A DNA stretch of 64,000 nucleotides from Promethearchaeia archaeon (GTDB lineage Archaea; Asgardarchaeota; Lokiarchaeia; Sigyniarchaeales; SOKP01): positions 32,001 through 96,000 of the forward strand of contig JAHQWK010000023.1 in the NCBI GenBank assembly GCA_029856145.1, written 5' to 3'. The stretch's first letter is position 1. The number at the start of each line of letters is the position of its first letter. Below the pieces are notes generated by a model. That model did not search any database and was not told the DNA's origin. It saw nothing but the letters and a program-made list of their open reading frames with translations. Shown in pieces: positions 41,574 through 51,718 of the stretch. A program made the translations under genes and the position numbers.

Positions 41574-41875
41574 TTTTCAATTTTGTCAAATGAAAAAAAA
41601 AAATTTATATATTAAATGGCATAATAAAGAATCACTGAAAATGTCTAGAATTTCGTAGGGTGTAAATCACTTGCAGAAATTTTTCGACTTTTTGGCTTTG
41701 TTCGTAGTATCTTAAAAGTTATTGGATTTTAGATATTAAACAGCAAAAATGGAAAAGAAATTTCCAACAAATTTAAAAAAAAAAAATGAGATGAAAAAGT
41801 AATGAGAAAAAAATTTGTTACAATTCTAGTAGTCCTCGCCTTTTTAAGTGTTGCTGGTTTTACAGCAATTTTTAA
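41574..41875 (+). repeat. Copy 1 of duplicated promoter + long 5' leader + signal-peptide segment
   Basis: Aligns with 44287-44591: ttttcaattttgtcaaatgaaa, aatttcgtagggt..aaatcacttgcagaaattt, aaagaaatttccaacaaatttaaaa..atgagatga. Confidence 0.85.
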
Positions 41876-44024
41876 TGTAAGAGGAGATATCGCGGCTGAA
41901 TATGATGGGTTTGATATCGAAAGAATCGATGGTTGCAAACATGCTGATGAATTATCACTTGAGGGTGTAGAATTTACTAATCCTAATAGTCCATGGGAAT
42001 ATCCTGTCATTGACGATTATAAGGGCACTTTAGACTGGATATTTTTTGATAATATATTCAATGGAACTTACGGAAATATCTGGGTAAGTATAGATCCTGT
42101 TTATGACGAATATTTTGATCTTGGTCCCGAAGGTTATAGTCCTGAGGATATCTGGGCTTTTGGTTATCCTTGGACTCCTACTGGTTACCCTGATCCTAGT
42201 TATCCAGGTGGCTATTATTTACCTCCTGGGTATAGAGACACTATAACTGGACAAGATCTATTAGAGGTGTTATACGAATTCGATAATAACATACATGATA
42301 AAGATGTAGAACATTTTGGTCAATATGCTGATCGAGCAGGACCATATGGTGACTATAAGACCCAAATAATGATATTCAATGTTCGTGATGAATGGTTCTA
42401 CGATCCTGTAAACGCTGCAGGGTTCATCGAAGGATATTTCTGGAGTTCTATCGCCAATTGGGGTGCAAACGCATTCCACATGGATTCATATCAATGGTGG
42501 AGGAGACAAGGTGAAACTCCACCTATGGTAGATCCTTTAACTGGATTTGATTATTATTATCTGAGCGTTAAAGCATGGGAATATGAAGGAACATTTGCTC
42601 ATGAATTCCAACATCTTATTCATTATGATCAGGACCCTGATGAAGAATCCTGGGTAGATGAAGGTTGTGCAACTTTAGCTGAATGGCTTTGCGGATATGG
42701 CTTTTCACCAGGGCATATTTCAGAGTATTTACTCTGGCACTGGGACACTCCATTGACAATCTGGGAACAATATTTAGCTGATTATGGTGCATCATTCTTA
42801 TGGACCTTCTATATGTATGAACATTATGGTGGAGCTGATTTCTTATGGGATCTCGTTCAAGACCAAGCTAACGGAATAGCTGGATATGAAAATGTATTAG
42901 CTGCTCATGGTATAGATAGGACATTTGATCAAATCTTTCAAGATTGGTGTATCGCAAATTATCTTGATGATACTTCATTCGCTAAAGGAAGATATGGTTA
43001 TTATGAATTAGATCTACCTTCTGAAAACTCAGATGGGATGAGTATACAGTTATCAATGGATTTGTGGGCTGATTGGTATGCAGGTACCGGCTTGTTCGAT
43101 TGGTTTGTGGATGAATATCCATATAATGGTGCTTATATAGCGGCTGGTCGTGGTTTGCAATACACTGCAAATTATGTCAAATTCACAGACATGCCACTCT
43201 TATTTGAAGTAGGATTTGACGGTGATGATTTCTGTGGCGCTGCACCAACTAGTGGTACACATAATTGGTATTCTAATGGTGGAGCATGGTCATGGTTTTC
43301 ACTTGGTCAGACTTTTGATGTCCCTGCTACAGGAGCAACCTTACACTTCTCTAACTATTACTCAATCGAACCAGATTGGGACTATGGTTATATTGAAGTT
43401 CATGACCTTACTACTGATGAGTGGACAACGCTTCCAGGTCTTACAACAACGACTTATCTAGGGCATGCTCAAGATAATGAACACACTCCCCTTCATAGAG
43501 AACCAACCACCTATAATGAAACAGGAACATGGAACTGTTTTACAGGAGAAAGTTATGGATTATATACGGAAGAAATGGATCTTACACCTTTTGCTGGACA
43601 TACTATAGAACTATACTTCACTTATTGGACTGATGGATTCACAGTTGCTTCAGGATGGTATCTTGACGATATTGAAATCCCTGAAATTGGGTTCTATGAT
43701 GATTGTGAGACTGAAGGTGCCTGGGTATTCAATGGATGGAGCTTAAATGACGAGATCATCTATAATAACTTTGAATTAAGTTTCATCAAAACATCCACCT
43801 TAACGAAGAGGAATGGTGACGTATGGAACACATGGAACAGGATTTATGGTATGCACCTCGATGATGATACCGAAGAAGGACTTAAGTGGTTGCTTACGCT
43901 TAACAACAAACGTATTTCAACTGAAGTTATAATGGTGGTTGCAAACCAACCAGGTTATGAACATACATTTGGAACCAGCTACTCTTACACTGCAGATTCA
44001 TGGAATTGGCGTTGCCGCTGGTAG
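41802..44024 (+). CDS. Secreted zinc metallopeptidase (M30/M6 immune-inhibitor-A-like)
   Basis: Signal peptide MRKKFVTILVVLAFL; HEFQHLIH..EESWVDEG; IEPDWDYGYIEV and GWYLDDI C-terminal domain. Confidence 0.85.
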   Translation: MRKKFVTILVVLAFLSVAGFTAIFNVRGDIAAEYDGFDIERIDGCKHADELSLEGVEFTNPNSPWEYPVIDDYKGTLDWIFFDNIFNGTYGNIWVSIDPVYDEYFDLGPEGYSPEDIWAFGYPWTPTGYPDPSYPGGYYLPPGYRDTITGQDLLEVLYEFDNNIHDKDVEHFGQYADRAGPYGDYKTQIMIFNVRDEWFYDPVNAAGFIEGYFWSSIANWGANAFHMDSYQWWRRQGETPPMVDPLTGFDYYYLSVKAWEYEGTFAHEFQHLIHYDQDPDEESWVDEGCATLAEWLCGYGFSPGHISEYLLWHWDTPLTIWEQYLADYGASFLWTFYMYEHYGGADFLWDLVQDQANGIAGYENVLAAHGIDRTFDQIFQDWCIANYLDDTSFAKGRYGYYELDLPSENSDGMSIQLSMDLWADWYAGTGLFDWFVDEYPYNGAYIAAGRGLQYTANYVKFTDMPLLFEVGFDGDDFCGAAPTSGTHNWYSNGGAWSWFSLGQTFDVPATGATLHFSNYYSIEPDWDYGYIEVHDLTTDEWTTLPGLTTTTYLGHAQDNEHTPLHREPTTYNETGTWNCFTGESYGLYTEEMDLTPFAGHTIELYFTYWTDGFTVASGWYLDDIEIPEIGFYDDCETEGAWVFNGWSLNDEIIYNNFELSFIKTSTLTKRNGDVWNTWNRIYGMHLDDDTEEGLKWLLTLNNKRISTEVIMVVANQPGYEHTFGTSYSYTADSWNWRCRW

Positions 44025-44286
44025 AATAAAAATTAACAATATATTTCCAGTAAAAAAACTAAATAAACTTTTTTTTATTTTTTTGAATTGATTTATTCAA
44101 TATCTATTTATTCGATTTTTTAAATAAATAGTTATCAATATTCTGTAACTATACAAAAATTAAGTTATTTGAAGCATGCACAAGAGATGGTTATAAACCA
44201 AAATTGGTACTTTTGACTTAAAATATATGATAATGTGGAAAGAAAGATGGAGATTTACTTATAATCTAATAAAAAATAATTTTTGT

Positions 44287-44591
44287 TTTTCAATTTTGTC
44301 AAATGAAAAAAAGATTTATAATTAATCGATATAATACAAATCTCAATAAATTTGTCAATAATTTCGTAGGGTAGAAATCACTTGCAGAAATTTAATGACA
44401 TTTTGGTTATGTTCATATTATCTTTAAAAATTGCATAGATTTGGGATATATGAACTGCAATAATGAAAAAGAAATTTCCAACAAATTTAAAAAAAAAATG
44501 AGATGATATAAAAATCGAATAGATCTCTATATTCTTTGTTATAATAGTCTTCACACATTTAAATGTTAGCTTGTATATTTTCATTTTTTAA
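44287..44591 (+). pseudogene. Copy 2 of promoter/leader with a decayed signal-peptide remnant of a lost peptidase paralog
   Basis: 44514-44591 reads IE*ISIFFVIIVFTHLNVSLYIFIF*, aligning with VVLAFLSVAGFTAIF; no start codon, internal stop. Confidence 0.7.
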
Positions 44592-44800
44592 TTAAAATTC
44601 TGAATGTCAAAATATGGAGATAAGTTTTTGGGATTTAAAGTTATTAAAGACAAAAGATAAAGATCTACTTCTTTGGATTACTTTAACAATCTATAGAATA
44701 TGGAAAAAAAATTTTAATTGCTTGTATTTTTAAAGAATGGTTAATTAAATGAAGTTAAATTGGCAGAAATGGTTTGAATATCTAAAGAAGGCAAATCAAT

Positions 44801-45742
44801 TTGGGTAGTAAAGATTTTAAGATTTCAAAACTGCTATCTGAATTAAGAAAAAATAGCTTATCTGGGGCAAGTGAATTAATCTTTAAGGCTTTAGATATAA
44901 TAAGGTTTCAATTAAAACTAGTTGAAGACCCAAATAAAAATATCGAAGGGAAAATGGTCGATTTAATAGTAAAAATTATTAATTCACGTCCAAGTATGGC
45001 ATCTCTTATTAACACAATGGGATATATTATCCAATGTTCAGAAACTCTGAATAAAAGATCAATAGAAGAAAGAATAAATCAGTTTGAAAAAGAGAGAATT
45101 AGGAGGAATATAGCTTTAGAAAAAAACTTCAAGGAATTTTTAAGTATAAAGGCAAAGCTTCATCGTAAAATATTGCTTATTTCATATAGTTCTACAATTG
45201 TAAATCTTCTATTGAAATACAATAATTATGATATGGAAATATACGTTCTCGAATCCAGACCATTATTGGAAGGACAAAAAACTGCCGAAATTTTATCTCA
45301 ATATTTTAAAACACACCTTATAATTGATGCTGCGATTGGAAAGTTTATTGATCAAATTGATTTAGTGCTAATTGGTGTTGATAGTATCTTAAAAGATGGA
45401 TCAATTATCAATAAAATTGGTACATATCCTTTAGCACTGTTAGCAAAGATAAGCAAAAAAAGTGTTTATGCAGTATGTGATTCTTTTAAATATAACTTAA
45501 GAAGCCATTTTGGTGAAAAAATCTTAATTGAACAAAAACCTTCAAATGAGATTTATAATAAAGAGAGAAAATATGAAAACTTAGAAGTACATAATTATTA
45601 TTTTGATACAACACCTTCTAAATACATAACAGGAATTATTTCTGACTATGGAATCTTAAGAATTCACGATTTTCTGGAAAAAGTGCGACAAGATTTACCA
45701 ATCGAGTGGTTTAAATATTTTATACATAACAAAAAGATATGA
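44801..45742 (+). CDS. eIF2B alpha/beta/delta family protein
   Basis: GASEL, RPSMA, SYSST, ESRPLLEG, GVDSI..NKIGT, FDTTP. Confidence 0.88.
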   Translation: MGSKDFKISKLLSELRKNSLSGASELIFKALDIIRFQLKLVEDPNKNIEGKMVDLIVKIINSRPSMASLINTMGYIIQCSETLNKRSIEERINQFEKERIRRNIALEKNFKEFLSIKAKLHRKILLISYSSTIVNLLLKYNNYDMEIYVLESRPLLEGQKTAEILSQYFKTHLIIDAAIGKFIDQIDLVLIGVDSILKDGSIINKIGTYPLALLAKISKKSVYAVCDSFKYNLRSHFGEKILIEQKPSNEIYNKERKYENLEVHNYYFDTTPSKYITGIISDYGILRIHDFLEKVRQDLPIEWFKYFIHNKKI

Positions 45743-46989
45743 TTTTAAAATCAAAAATGAATGTTCAAGAATTAAATACAAAAATAAGAGATGAAGGATT
45801 TTCTGATAAGAAACCTAATGAAGATATTGCTTATCAAATAACAGAAAAACTTGCTTTCCCCCGGTTAGTTGGTTCAAAAGGGGAGAAGAAAGCTATCCAA
45901 ATCATTCTTGATGAATTTAAAAAAGTGGAATATAATACTATCCATCGAGAAAGTTTTAAGACGTCATTCTATAATTGGATTTTCTTAAGATATGCGTTTA
46001 TACCAATTGGAATTGGTTTAATTCTATTAGCTGTTTCATTTTTCATAAATTCGTGGCTTACTCTCGGTTTTATTGCTTTAAATATCTTTATGGCTTCAAA
46101 AATTCTTGGATTAGCAACTACGGATAAAATTCATTTATTAAAAGATAGAGAAAAGAATTATGATACAGAAAATATATATGTTGATTTAAAAAGTAAGAAT
46201 GCAAAAGCAACGATTATTTTTATGGGTCATTGGGATTCAAAGTCACAAACCTTTCCCTCATCCATAAGAATTATCATAAGTTTAATTACACTATTAAGTT
46301 TTTTCATAATGCTCCTTATATATCTTATTTTTGCCATAATTGAATTAATATTCTCCTTTAATAATTCTATAGCGGATTTTGTTTTACTTTATTCTAGCAT
46401 TACTTTTGCTATTATCGCTAATCTGAATTATTTCAATAAAACGGGGAATAATTCTCCTGGAGCATACGATAACGCAGCAGCAGTAGGAGTTATTATTGAG
46501 CTTGCTAGATATTTTAAAGAAAATCCACTTGAAAATATAGATCTTATTTGCCTTTGTACAAGTAGTGAAGAACTGAATCTAGGGGGAGCTAAGGATTTTA
46601 TTAAAAACCATAAGCATGATTTTGATAAAAAATCGACTTACTTCATTAATTTTGATCTTATAGGTGGTAAAGAATTAATAAAAGTAGTAACTTCATATGG
46701 AATTCCTCGAAAAGAATCATCGAAAAAGCTTAATGATTTATTTTTAACTAGTGCTAAAGAATTGAACATTAAAGCGAATAAAACATATTTAATTACTGGT
46801 GCATGGTCTGATTATATGCCTATTGTTCAAGAAGGTTTTGAGGCTTGTTGGATTGGTTCTCAACCTGGATTAAAATATGTGCATACGAAGAAAGACGATA
46901 TGAATTTAGTTTCGAAACAAGGAATAAGAAACATCCTTCTATTATGTGTAGACGTAGTAAATAAAATAAATGATGAATTAAATTTGTAA
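45739..46989 (+). CDS. Membrane-embedded M28 peptidase
   Basis: PRLVGS, GHWDS, GAYDNAAAV, SEELNLGG, WSDY, HTKKD; two TM hairpins. Confidence 0.88.
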   Translation: MILKSKMNVQELNTKIRDEGFSDKKPNEDIAYQITEKLAFPRLVGSKGEKKAIQIILDEFKKVEYNTIHRESFKTSFYNWIFLRYAFIPIGIGLILLAVSFFINSWLTLGFIALNIFMASKILGLATTDKIHLLKDREKNYDTENIYVDLKSKNAKATIIFMGHWDSKSQTFPSSIRIIISLITLLSFFIMLLIYLIFAIIELIFSFNNSIADFVLLYSSITFAIIANLNYFNKTGNNSPGAYDNAAAVGVIIELARYFKENPLENIDLICLCTSSEELNLGGAKDFIKNHKHDFDKKSTYFINFDLIGGKELIKVVTSYGIPRKESSKKLNDLFLTSAKELNIKANKTYLITGAWSDYMPIVQEGFEACWIGSQPGLKYVHTKKDDMNLVSKQGIRNILLLCVDVVNKINDELNL

Positions 46990-47131
46990 TTCAATATTTT
47001 ATATTAACTCCCCTATTTTTGATAATGAGACTATAAGAAAGTTTTAAGAAAGATTAAGCATAACTTAATTTTTATCCTAAAATTTATTTAATAAAAATTG
47101 ATTTTTTAAAAAATTTAAGAGTTATTTTAAT

Positions 47132-48121
47132 ATGTTAACTCCAGAACAGATGAAAGAAATTTTAAAAGAAAATGTAATTAATCTTAGGTTTCACGCTCGT
47201 GGTGGACAAGGAGGAGTTACTGCTTCTAACCTATGTGTTGAAGCATTTTATGGTTATGGTGTATGTCAACCCTTATTTGGGGCAGAACGTATGGGATCTC
47301 CTACTGAAAGTTATGTCAGGCTTAGCGGAAATGAAGATTTGGTAAGAACTAATGAGCAAGTTTATGCTCCACACGCAGTTTCTGTATTGGATCCCTCTCT
47401 TTTAGGAGAAGTTGATGTAATAGCGGGGATCGCTCCTGGAGGGTGGCTTATTGTTAATACTACTATGGATCAGGTCTCTATTCAAGAAATTATTGGTCGA
47501 AAAGATATCAATATTGCAACAATAGATGCACTAAACATTGCAATGGAAATTTTTGGTAGAAACATTACAAACACTATCATTTTAGGAGCCTTATTAAGAG
47601 TGGTTCCTATATTTTCCATTGATGCATTAGCAGATGCAATAATGCGTCGATTTAAAGGTGAAATTGCGGGGAAAAATGTTGTTGCTATAAAACAGGCTTA
47701 TGAAGAAACTTGTATATATGAAACTCCAGATGCTCCTGCTATTGATTTTACGATTGATACAAAAGTTCCTTGGCAACAAGTATATCCTGGATTGCCTGGA
47801 TTTAAAGAACTGGATGATGCGGGAGTATGGTACTGTGATGAAGATGTTATAGAAATTGGGAGTAAGCAAGTAAATACGGGTTCTTGGGGTGAATGGGATA
47901 TGATTTGGGACGAAGAAAAATGTACTGACTGTGCTCAATGCTGGTATATTTGTCCTGATTTCACAATTATTAGAGAAAAAGGAGAAGATGGGCTATGGCA
48001 TATGAAGGGTATTGACCAAGCTCATTGTAAATCTTGTCAAAATTGTCTAGAGATCTGTCCTGTTCAAGCTATTACTAAAAAATTAAAACAAGGTCCGGCT
48101 TCATGTGCCGTGCCTGAATGA
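47132..48121 (+). CDS. 2-oxoacid:ferredoxin oxidoreductase gamma-delta fusion
   Basis: HARGGQG, FGAERMGSP, NTIILGA; C-terminal CTDCAQCWYICP and CKSCQNCLEICP. Confidence 0.9.
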   Translation: MLTPEQMKEILKENVINLRFHARGGQGGVTASNLCVEAFYGYGVCQPLFGAERMGSPTESYVRLSGNEDLVRTNEQVYAPHAVSVLDPSLLGEVDVIAGIAPGGWLIVNTTMDQVSIQEIIGRKDINIATIDALNIAMEIFGRNITNTIILGALLRVVPIFSIDALADAIMRRFKGEIAGKNVVAIKQAYEETCIYETPDAPAIDFTIDTKVPWQQVYPGLPGFKELDDAGVWYCDEDVIEIGSKQVNTGSWGEWDMIWDEEKCTDCAQCWYICPDFTIIREKGEDGLWHMKGIDQAHCKSCQNCLEICPVQAITKKLKQGPASCAVPE

Positions 48122-49365
48122 AGGAGGGAAATATTATGAGTATAGAACCGATGAGAATATTTTTTAAAGAAATTAAAGAACCTATCGAAACAACAATGAT
48201 AGGAAATTATGCTGTCGCGGGTGGAGTGACTCAAACAGATCCTGATGTTATTTGTGCTTTTCCTATTACTCCTCAAACTCAATCTGTTGAAGGTTTATCT
48301 GATGTTGTTCATCACGGAAGATTAAAAGCAGCTTTTGTAAATGTTGAATCAGAATTAGCTGCGATAAGTTATTCAACTGCTGCTTGTGCAGCAGGAGCAA
48401 GATCTTTTACGGCAACAGCAAGTCAAGGTTATTTACTAATGACTGAAGGACTTCCAATGGCTGTAGGATGGAGACTGCCTTTAACAATGATGATTTCTGC
48501 TAGAGCTTTTAATTCACCTAATTTATCTATTTGGAATTCTTGGGAATATACACAAGTTAATTCTGAACTTGGTTGGAATATAATTGTTTCTGAAAATGTT
48601 CAAGAAACTTATGACGCAGCAATCCTTTCAGTCATGATTTCAGAGGAATCATTATTTCCAACTATATTTGTACATGATGGTTTTATAATATCTCATTCAG
48701 TCCAGAAATTAACATTAATCCCAGATGAAACCGTTACAAGAATGACGCCTAAAAAACCAAGAAATACTATTGATCCATCAAGACCAGGAACCTGGGGAGG
48801 TATTGTTACTCCTTCCTATTTTATGGAAGGACGAGCTAAACTAGAAGAAGCTAAACAACCAGTTTTAAGCCAAATGACTGATGTATTCAAAAAATTCAAA
48901 ACAGAAACTGGAAGAGAATATAATCTGATTGAAACTTATAATTTGAATAACTCATCTAAAACTGCTTTTTGTACTATGGGTTCATTAAGTGGGAATATTA
49001 TTAGTTGGTTGACAAAAAACAAGGATATTGGTTTAATTAAAATCAGAGCATATCGACCATTTCCATATAAAGAATTACGTAAAATAGTAGAAGAATATAA
49101 TTTAGAAAAATTAATTCTTTTAGAAAAAAGCGATTCACTAAATGGGATGTTACCACCATTTTCAATGTCAATTGCTTCTGCTCTATATCCATTGGGTACA
49201 CTTTTTAGAAGCTTTATTGTTGGTTTAGGCGGAAGAGATGTTACACGAGATGAGTTTGATATAGCAAAAAAGAAAATGGAATCTGTAACAGATATGAAGG
49301 GACAATTATATCAATATCTAGGAGTCAGAGAAACAAAACAAAAAATTTCAGGGGTGAATCAATAA
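48118..49365 (+). CDS. porA: 2-oxoacid:ferredoxin oxidoreductase alpha subunit
   Basis: FPITPQT, VESE, TATASQG, DGFIISH, GLGGRD. Confidence 0.9.
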   Translation: MKEGNIMSIEPMRIFFKEIKEPIETTMIGNYAVAGGVTQTDPDVICAFPITPQTQSVEGLSDVVHHGRLKAAFVNVESELAAISYSTAACAAGARSFTATASQGYLLMTEGLPMAVGWRLPLTMMISARAFNSPNLSIWNSWEYTQVNSELGWNIIVSENVQETYDAAILSVMISEESLFPTIFVHDGFIISHSVQKLTLIPDETVTRMTPKKPRNTIDPSRPGTWGGIVTPSYFMEGRAKLEEAKQPVLSQMTDVFKKFKTETGREYNLIETYNLNNSSKTAFCTMGSLSGNIISWLTKNKDIGLIKIRAYRPFPYKELRKIVEEYNLEKLILLEKSDSLNGMLPPFSMSIASALYPLGTLFRSFIVGLGGRDVTRDEFDIAKKKMESVTDMKGQLYQYLGVRETKQKISGVNQ

Positions 49366-50454
49366 ATGTCAAAACCAGAGAGGAATATTATAAATTTTGA
49401 TGATATCTTAGCCAGAAGTGAAAAATCCAATGTTTTATTTTTCAATTATGATAATGAAGCTTTTATGAATACGGGAATCCAAGAAAGTGGAGGAACACCA
49501 CCCTATGCTTCTACAACAACGGGTCCTGCGGGAGAGAAAATTCCAGGGAAAATAGGTGTAAAACAGGATTTAGTGACTCCATTTGCTTTCTACGGAACTA
49601 AAAAACTCTTCTTAGCCACAGTAAATCCCGCATATCCAAATGACTTTATGGGAAAAGTAGCCGACGCACTTAAATCAAATGGTTCTGCTTTCATCCAAGC
49701 ATATTCTGATTGTATGAGAGGATGGAGACATGCTGCTGCTGATGCCTTAAGTATCTCCAAACTAGCAACTGATTGTGGATATTGGCCTCTTTACACAGTG
49801 AGAGTGGAAGATGGTATACCCATTTTTACTTATTATCGTGGATTAGATATTGATAAAGATAAATTTGTAGAATATCTTAAATCAATGGGTAAGTTCAAGC
49901 ATTTATTTAAACCTAAATTTATGGAAAAAGAAATTGATGAGATTATCTATTTAACAGAACAACGAAATAATAAATTGAAAGGATTAATCGATCAATTTGG
50001 TGCTGAAAAACCTATAGATGTCTATAGAGTTAATCGAAAGAAACTCCAACCTCAAATCCATTTACAGCCAGGTCATGGTTTATGTCCTGGATGTGGAGCT
50101 GGGATGGTTTTAAATCAAATGGCAACTGCAGCAACCGCTGTTGCTGATACAAACATAATTTATGTTAATAATACAAGTTGTTCAGAAGTTTCAACTTCAA
50201 AAGATAACGTAACTTCCTGGAATGTTCCTTGGGTTCACCATTTATTTGAATCTGGTGCTACTGTTGCTGAAGCTATCTCAACCGCAAAAAAAATTATGAA
50301 AGCTAAAGATCTTTATAGTCAAGAAATTCCTTGGATCATTCACATAGCAGGAGATGGCTCTACGTATGATATTGGTTTTCAATTCCTTAAAGCTGCACTT
50401 ATAAGAACGAGTAGTTTTGTGGAAATGAATGAGTATTTGAAAAATCAAAAATAA
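49366..50454 (+). CDS. porB: 2-oxoacid:ferredoxin oxidoreductase beta subunit, circularly permuted
   Basis: YDNEAFMNTGIQ near the N-terminus; PGHGLCPGCG and GDGSTYDIGFQ near the C-terminus. Confidence 0.9.
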   Translation: MSKPERNIINFDDILARSEKSNVLFFNYDNEAFMNTGIQESGGTPPYASTTTGPAGEKIPGKIGVKQDLVTPFAFYGTKKLFLATVNPAYPNDFMGKVADALKSNGSAFIQAYSDCMRGWRHAAADALSISKLATDCGYWPLYTVRVEDGIPIFTYYRGLDIDKDKFVEYLKSMGKFKHLFKPKFMEKEIDEIIYLTEQRNNKLKGLIDQFGAEKPIDVYRVNRKKLQPQIHLQPGHGLCPGCGAGMVLNQMATAATAVADTNIIYVNNTSCSEVSTSKDNVTSWNVPWVHHLFESGATVAEAISTAKKIMKAKDLYSQEIPWIIHIAGDGSTYDIGFQFLKAALIRTSSFVEMNEYLKNQK

Positions 50455-50493
50455 ATTTTATTAATTAATCCTTTTTTTCTTTCTGTTTTTATT

Positions 50494-51408
50494 TTAACTT
50501 TCTTCTAATTTCACGTATAATTTTCTTTTAAATTGAGCGTGATATAATTCACAACGAATGGAGTTTCTGATTATATAACCACTTATTTGAAAAATCGAAT
50601 CTTCTAGAATATAGTCGTGATACATTGATGCTCTACAAGGATATGAATAATGAGCTTTATTTATTTCCTCAATTAAGCTAAATTCATCTTGATTTTCTTT
50701 ATTAAAACATTTCAATTTCAATTTTTGAATAATATAGTTAGTTGATCCACATGGAGCGCTCTGTAATATACATGCATCCTCTATTGATCTACCATCATTA
50801 CTCATTAAGATAGATATAATTGGTACTCCTATCCGAAAATGATCTATGAACTCATCAATATAATTCCGTTGTTTTGTTATATGAAATCCTACTTTATTAT
50901 ATTGGTCTTCTTCTTTACTTAGTGAACAGAAAGGTTTTGGAAATGCAGCTTGAATATTATATTGTTCAAATTCAAATAAAATCTTAACTTGAAGTTCTGG
51001 AGAAACCCACTTAGGATTTTCAATTGGAACAATTACGGCTTTAACTCCTTTATCTTTCAAATATTCAGGTAATTTGACAAGTAAATTTTTATGGATGCCA
51101 ATCACTAATAAAAAGTCAATAGGGGGAATTTCTTCTGGTAAAAAATTGATATTCTCTTCTTCAGCCCTATTAAAATCTCCTCCAACTTTAATATAGAAAT
51201 AAATTTTACTAGCATGACCTTTTAGATATTTACGACATTGAATACAATCTATTTTATTTTCTGATATTTGACAAGCATTGCAAAATTTTAAGTCATTTAT
51301 TAAATGCCCAATGAATTTATTCGCTAATTCTTTGGTTTCAGGTTCTTTACCATAAAAAATTCCTAATTTATAGTCTTTTTTACTTAACATAGATTTAACT
51401 TTCAACAT
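50494..51408 (-). CDS. DUF166-like protein
   Basis: PKPFCSL, SAPCGST, YPCRASM. Confidence 0.75.
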   Translation of the reverse strand: MLKVKSMLSKKDYKLGIFYGKEPETKELANKFIGHLINDLKFCNACQISENKIDCIQCRKYLKGHASKIYFYIKVGGDFNRAEEENINFLPEEIPPIDFLLVIGIHKNLLVKLPEYLKDKGVKAVIVPIENPKWVSPELQVKILFEFEQYNIQAAFPKPFCSLSKEEDQYNKVGFHITKQRNYIDEFIDHFRIGVPIISILMSNDGRSIEDACILQSAPCGSTNYIIQKLKLKCFNKENQDEFSLIEEINKAHYSYPCRASMYHDYILEDSIFQISGYIIRNSIRCELYHAQFKRKLYVKLEES

Positions 51409-51457
51409 ATTTTATTGTATTTTTCATATTAAGGTGTTCTTTAATTAAAAAATTAAA

Positions 51458-51685
51458 TTAAAAAAAAAAATCACAAAAGCATTTTTTAAAATCCTTTAAG
51501 AAAGAATTATTGGTTTTCTCAAATTTAGTATGGTCAAACCATTTAAAATATCTTTGATAAAAGTTTGAATTATCACTATTACTAAAATAATTAGTAAGAG
51601 AATTTTCATAATCGTATAATTTCAAGCTGTTTATTTCTGCGATATTAGTTTTTTGAAAAATTGATAGAATTACGGAATCAGACAT
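51458..51685 (-). CDS. Hypothetical protein
   Basis: 75-aa ORF, co-oriented with neighbours, AGGGG upstream. Confidence 0.4.
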   Translation of the reverse strand: MSDSVILSIFQKTNIAEINSLKLYDYENSLTNYFSNSDNSNFYQRYFKWFDHTKFEKTNNSFLKDFKKCFCDFFF

Positions 51686-51718
51686 TTTTTAAGTCCCCTG
51701 TTATTTTTGATCATTATC

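Noticed and set aside
44378-44584. 68-aa minus-strand ORF
   Set aside because: Antisense to the duplicated leader/remnant; low-complexity composition.
41574-44591. Direct repeats flanking the peptidase as a mobile element
   Set aside because: No transposase, integrase or target-site duplication; the repeat includes promoter and signal-peptide sequence, which fits tandem gene duplication.
49400-50410. RNA-level circularisation of porB to restore normal order
   Set aside because: Only 5+5 bp terminal complementarity and no BHB. A circle would lack a suitably placed start and stop, and the linear ORF is complete.
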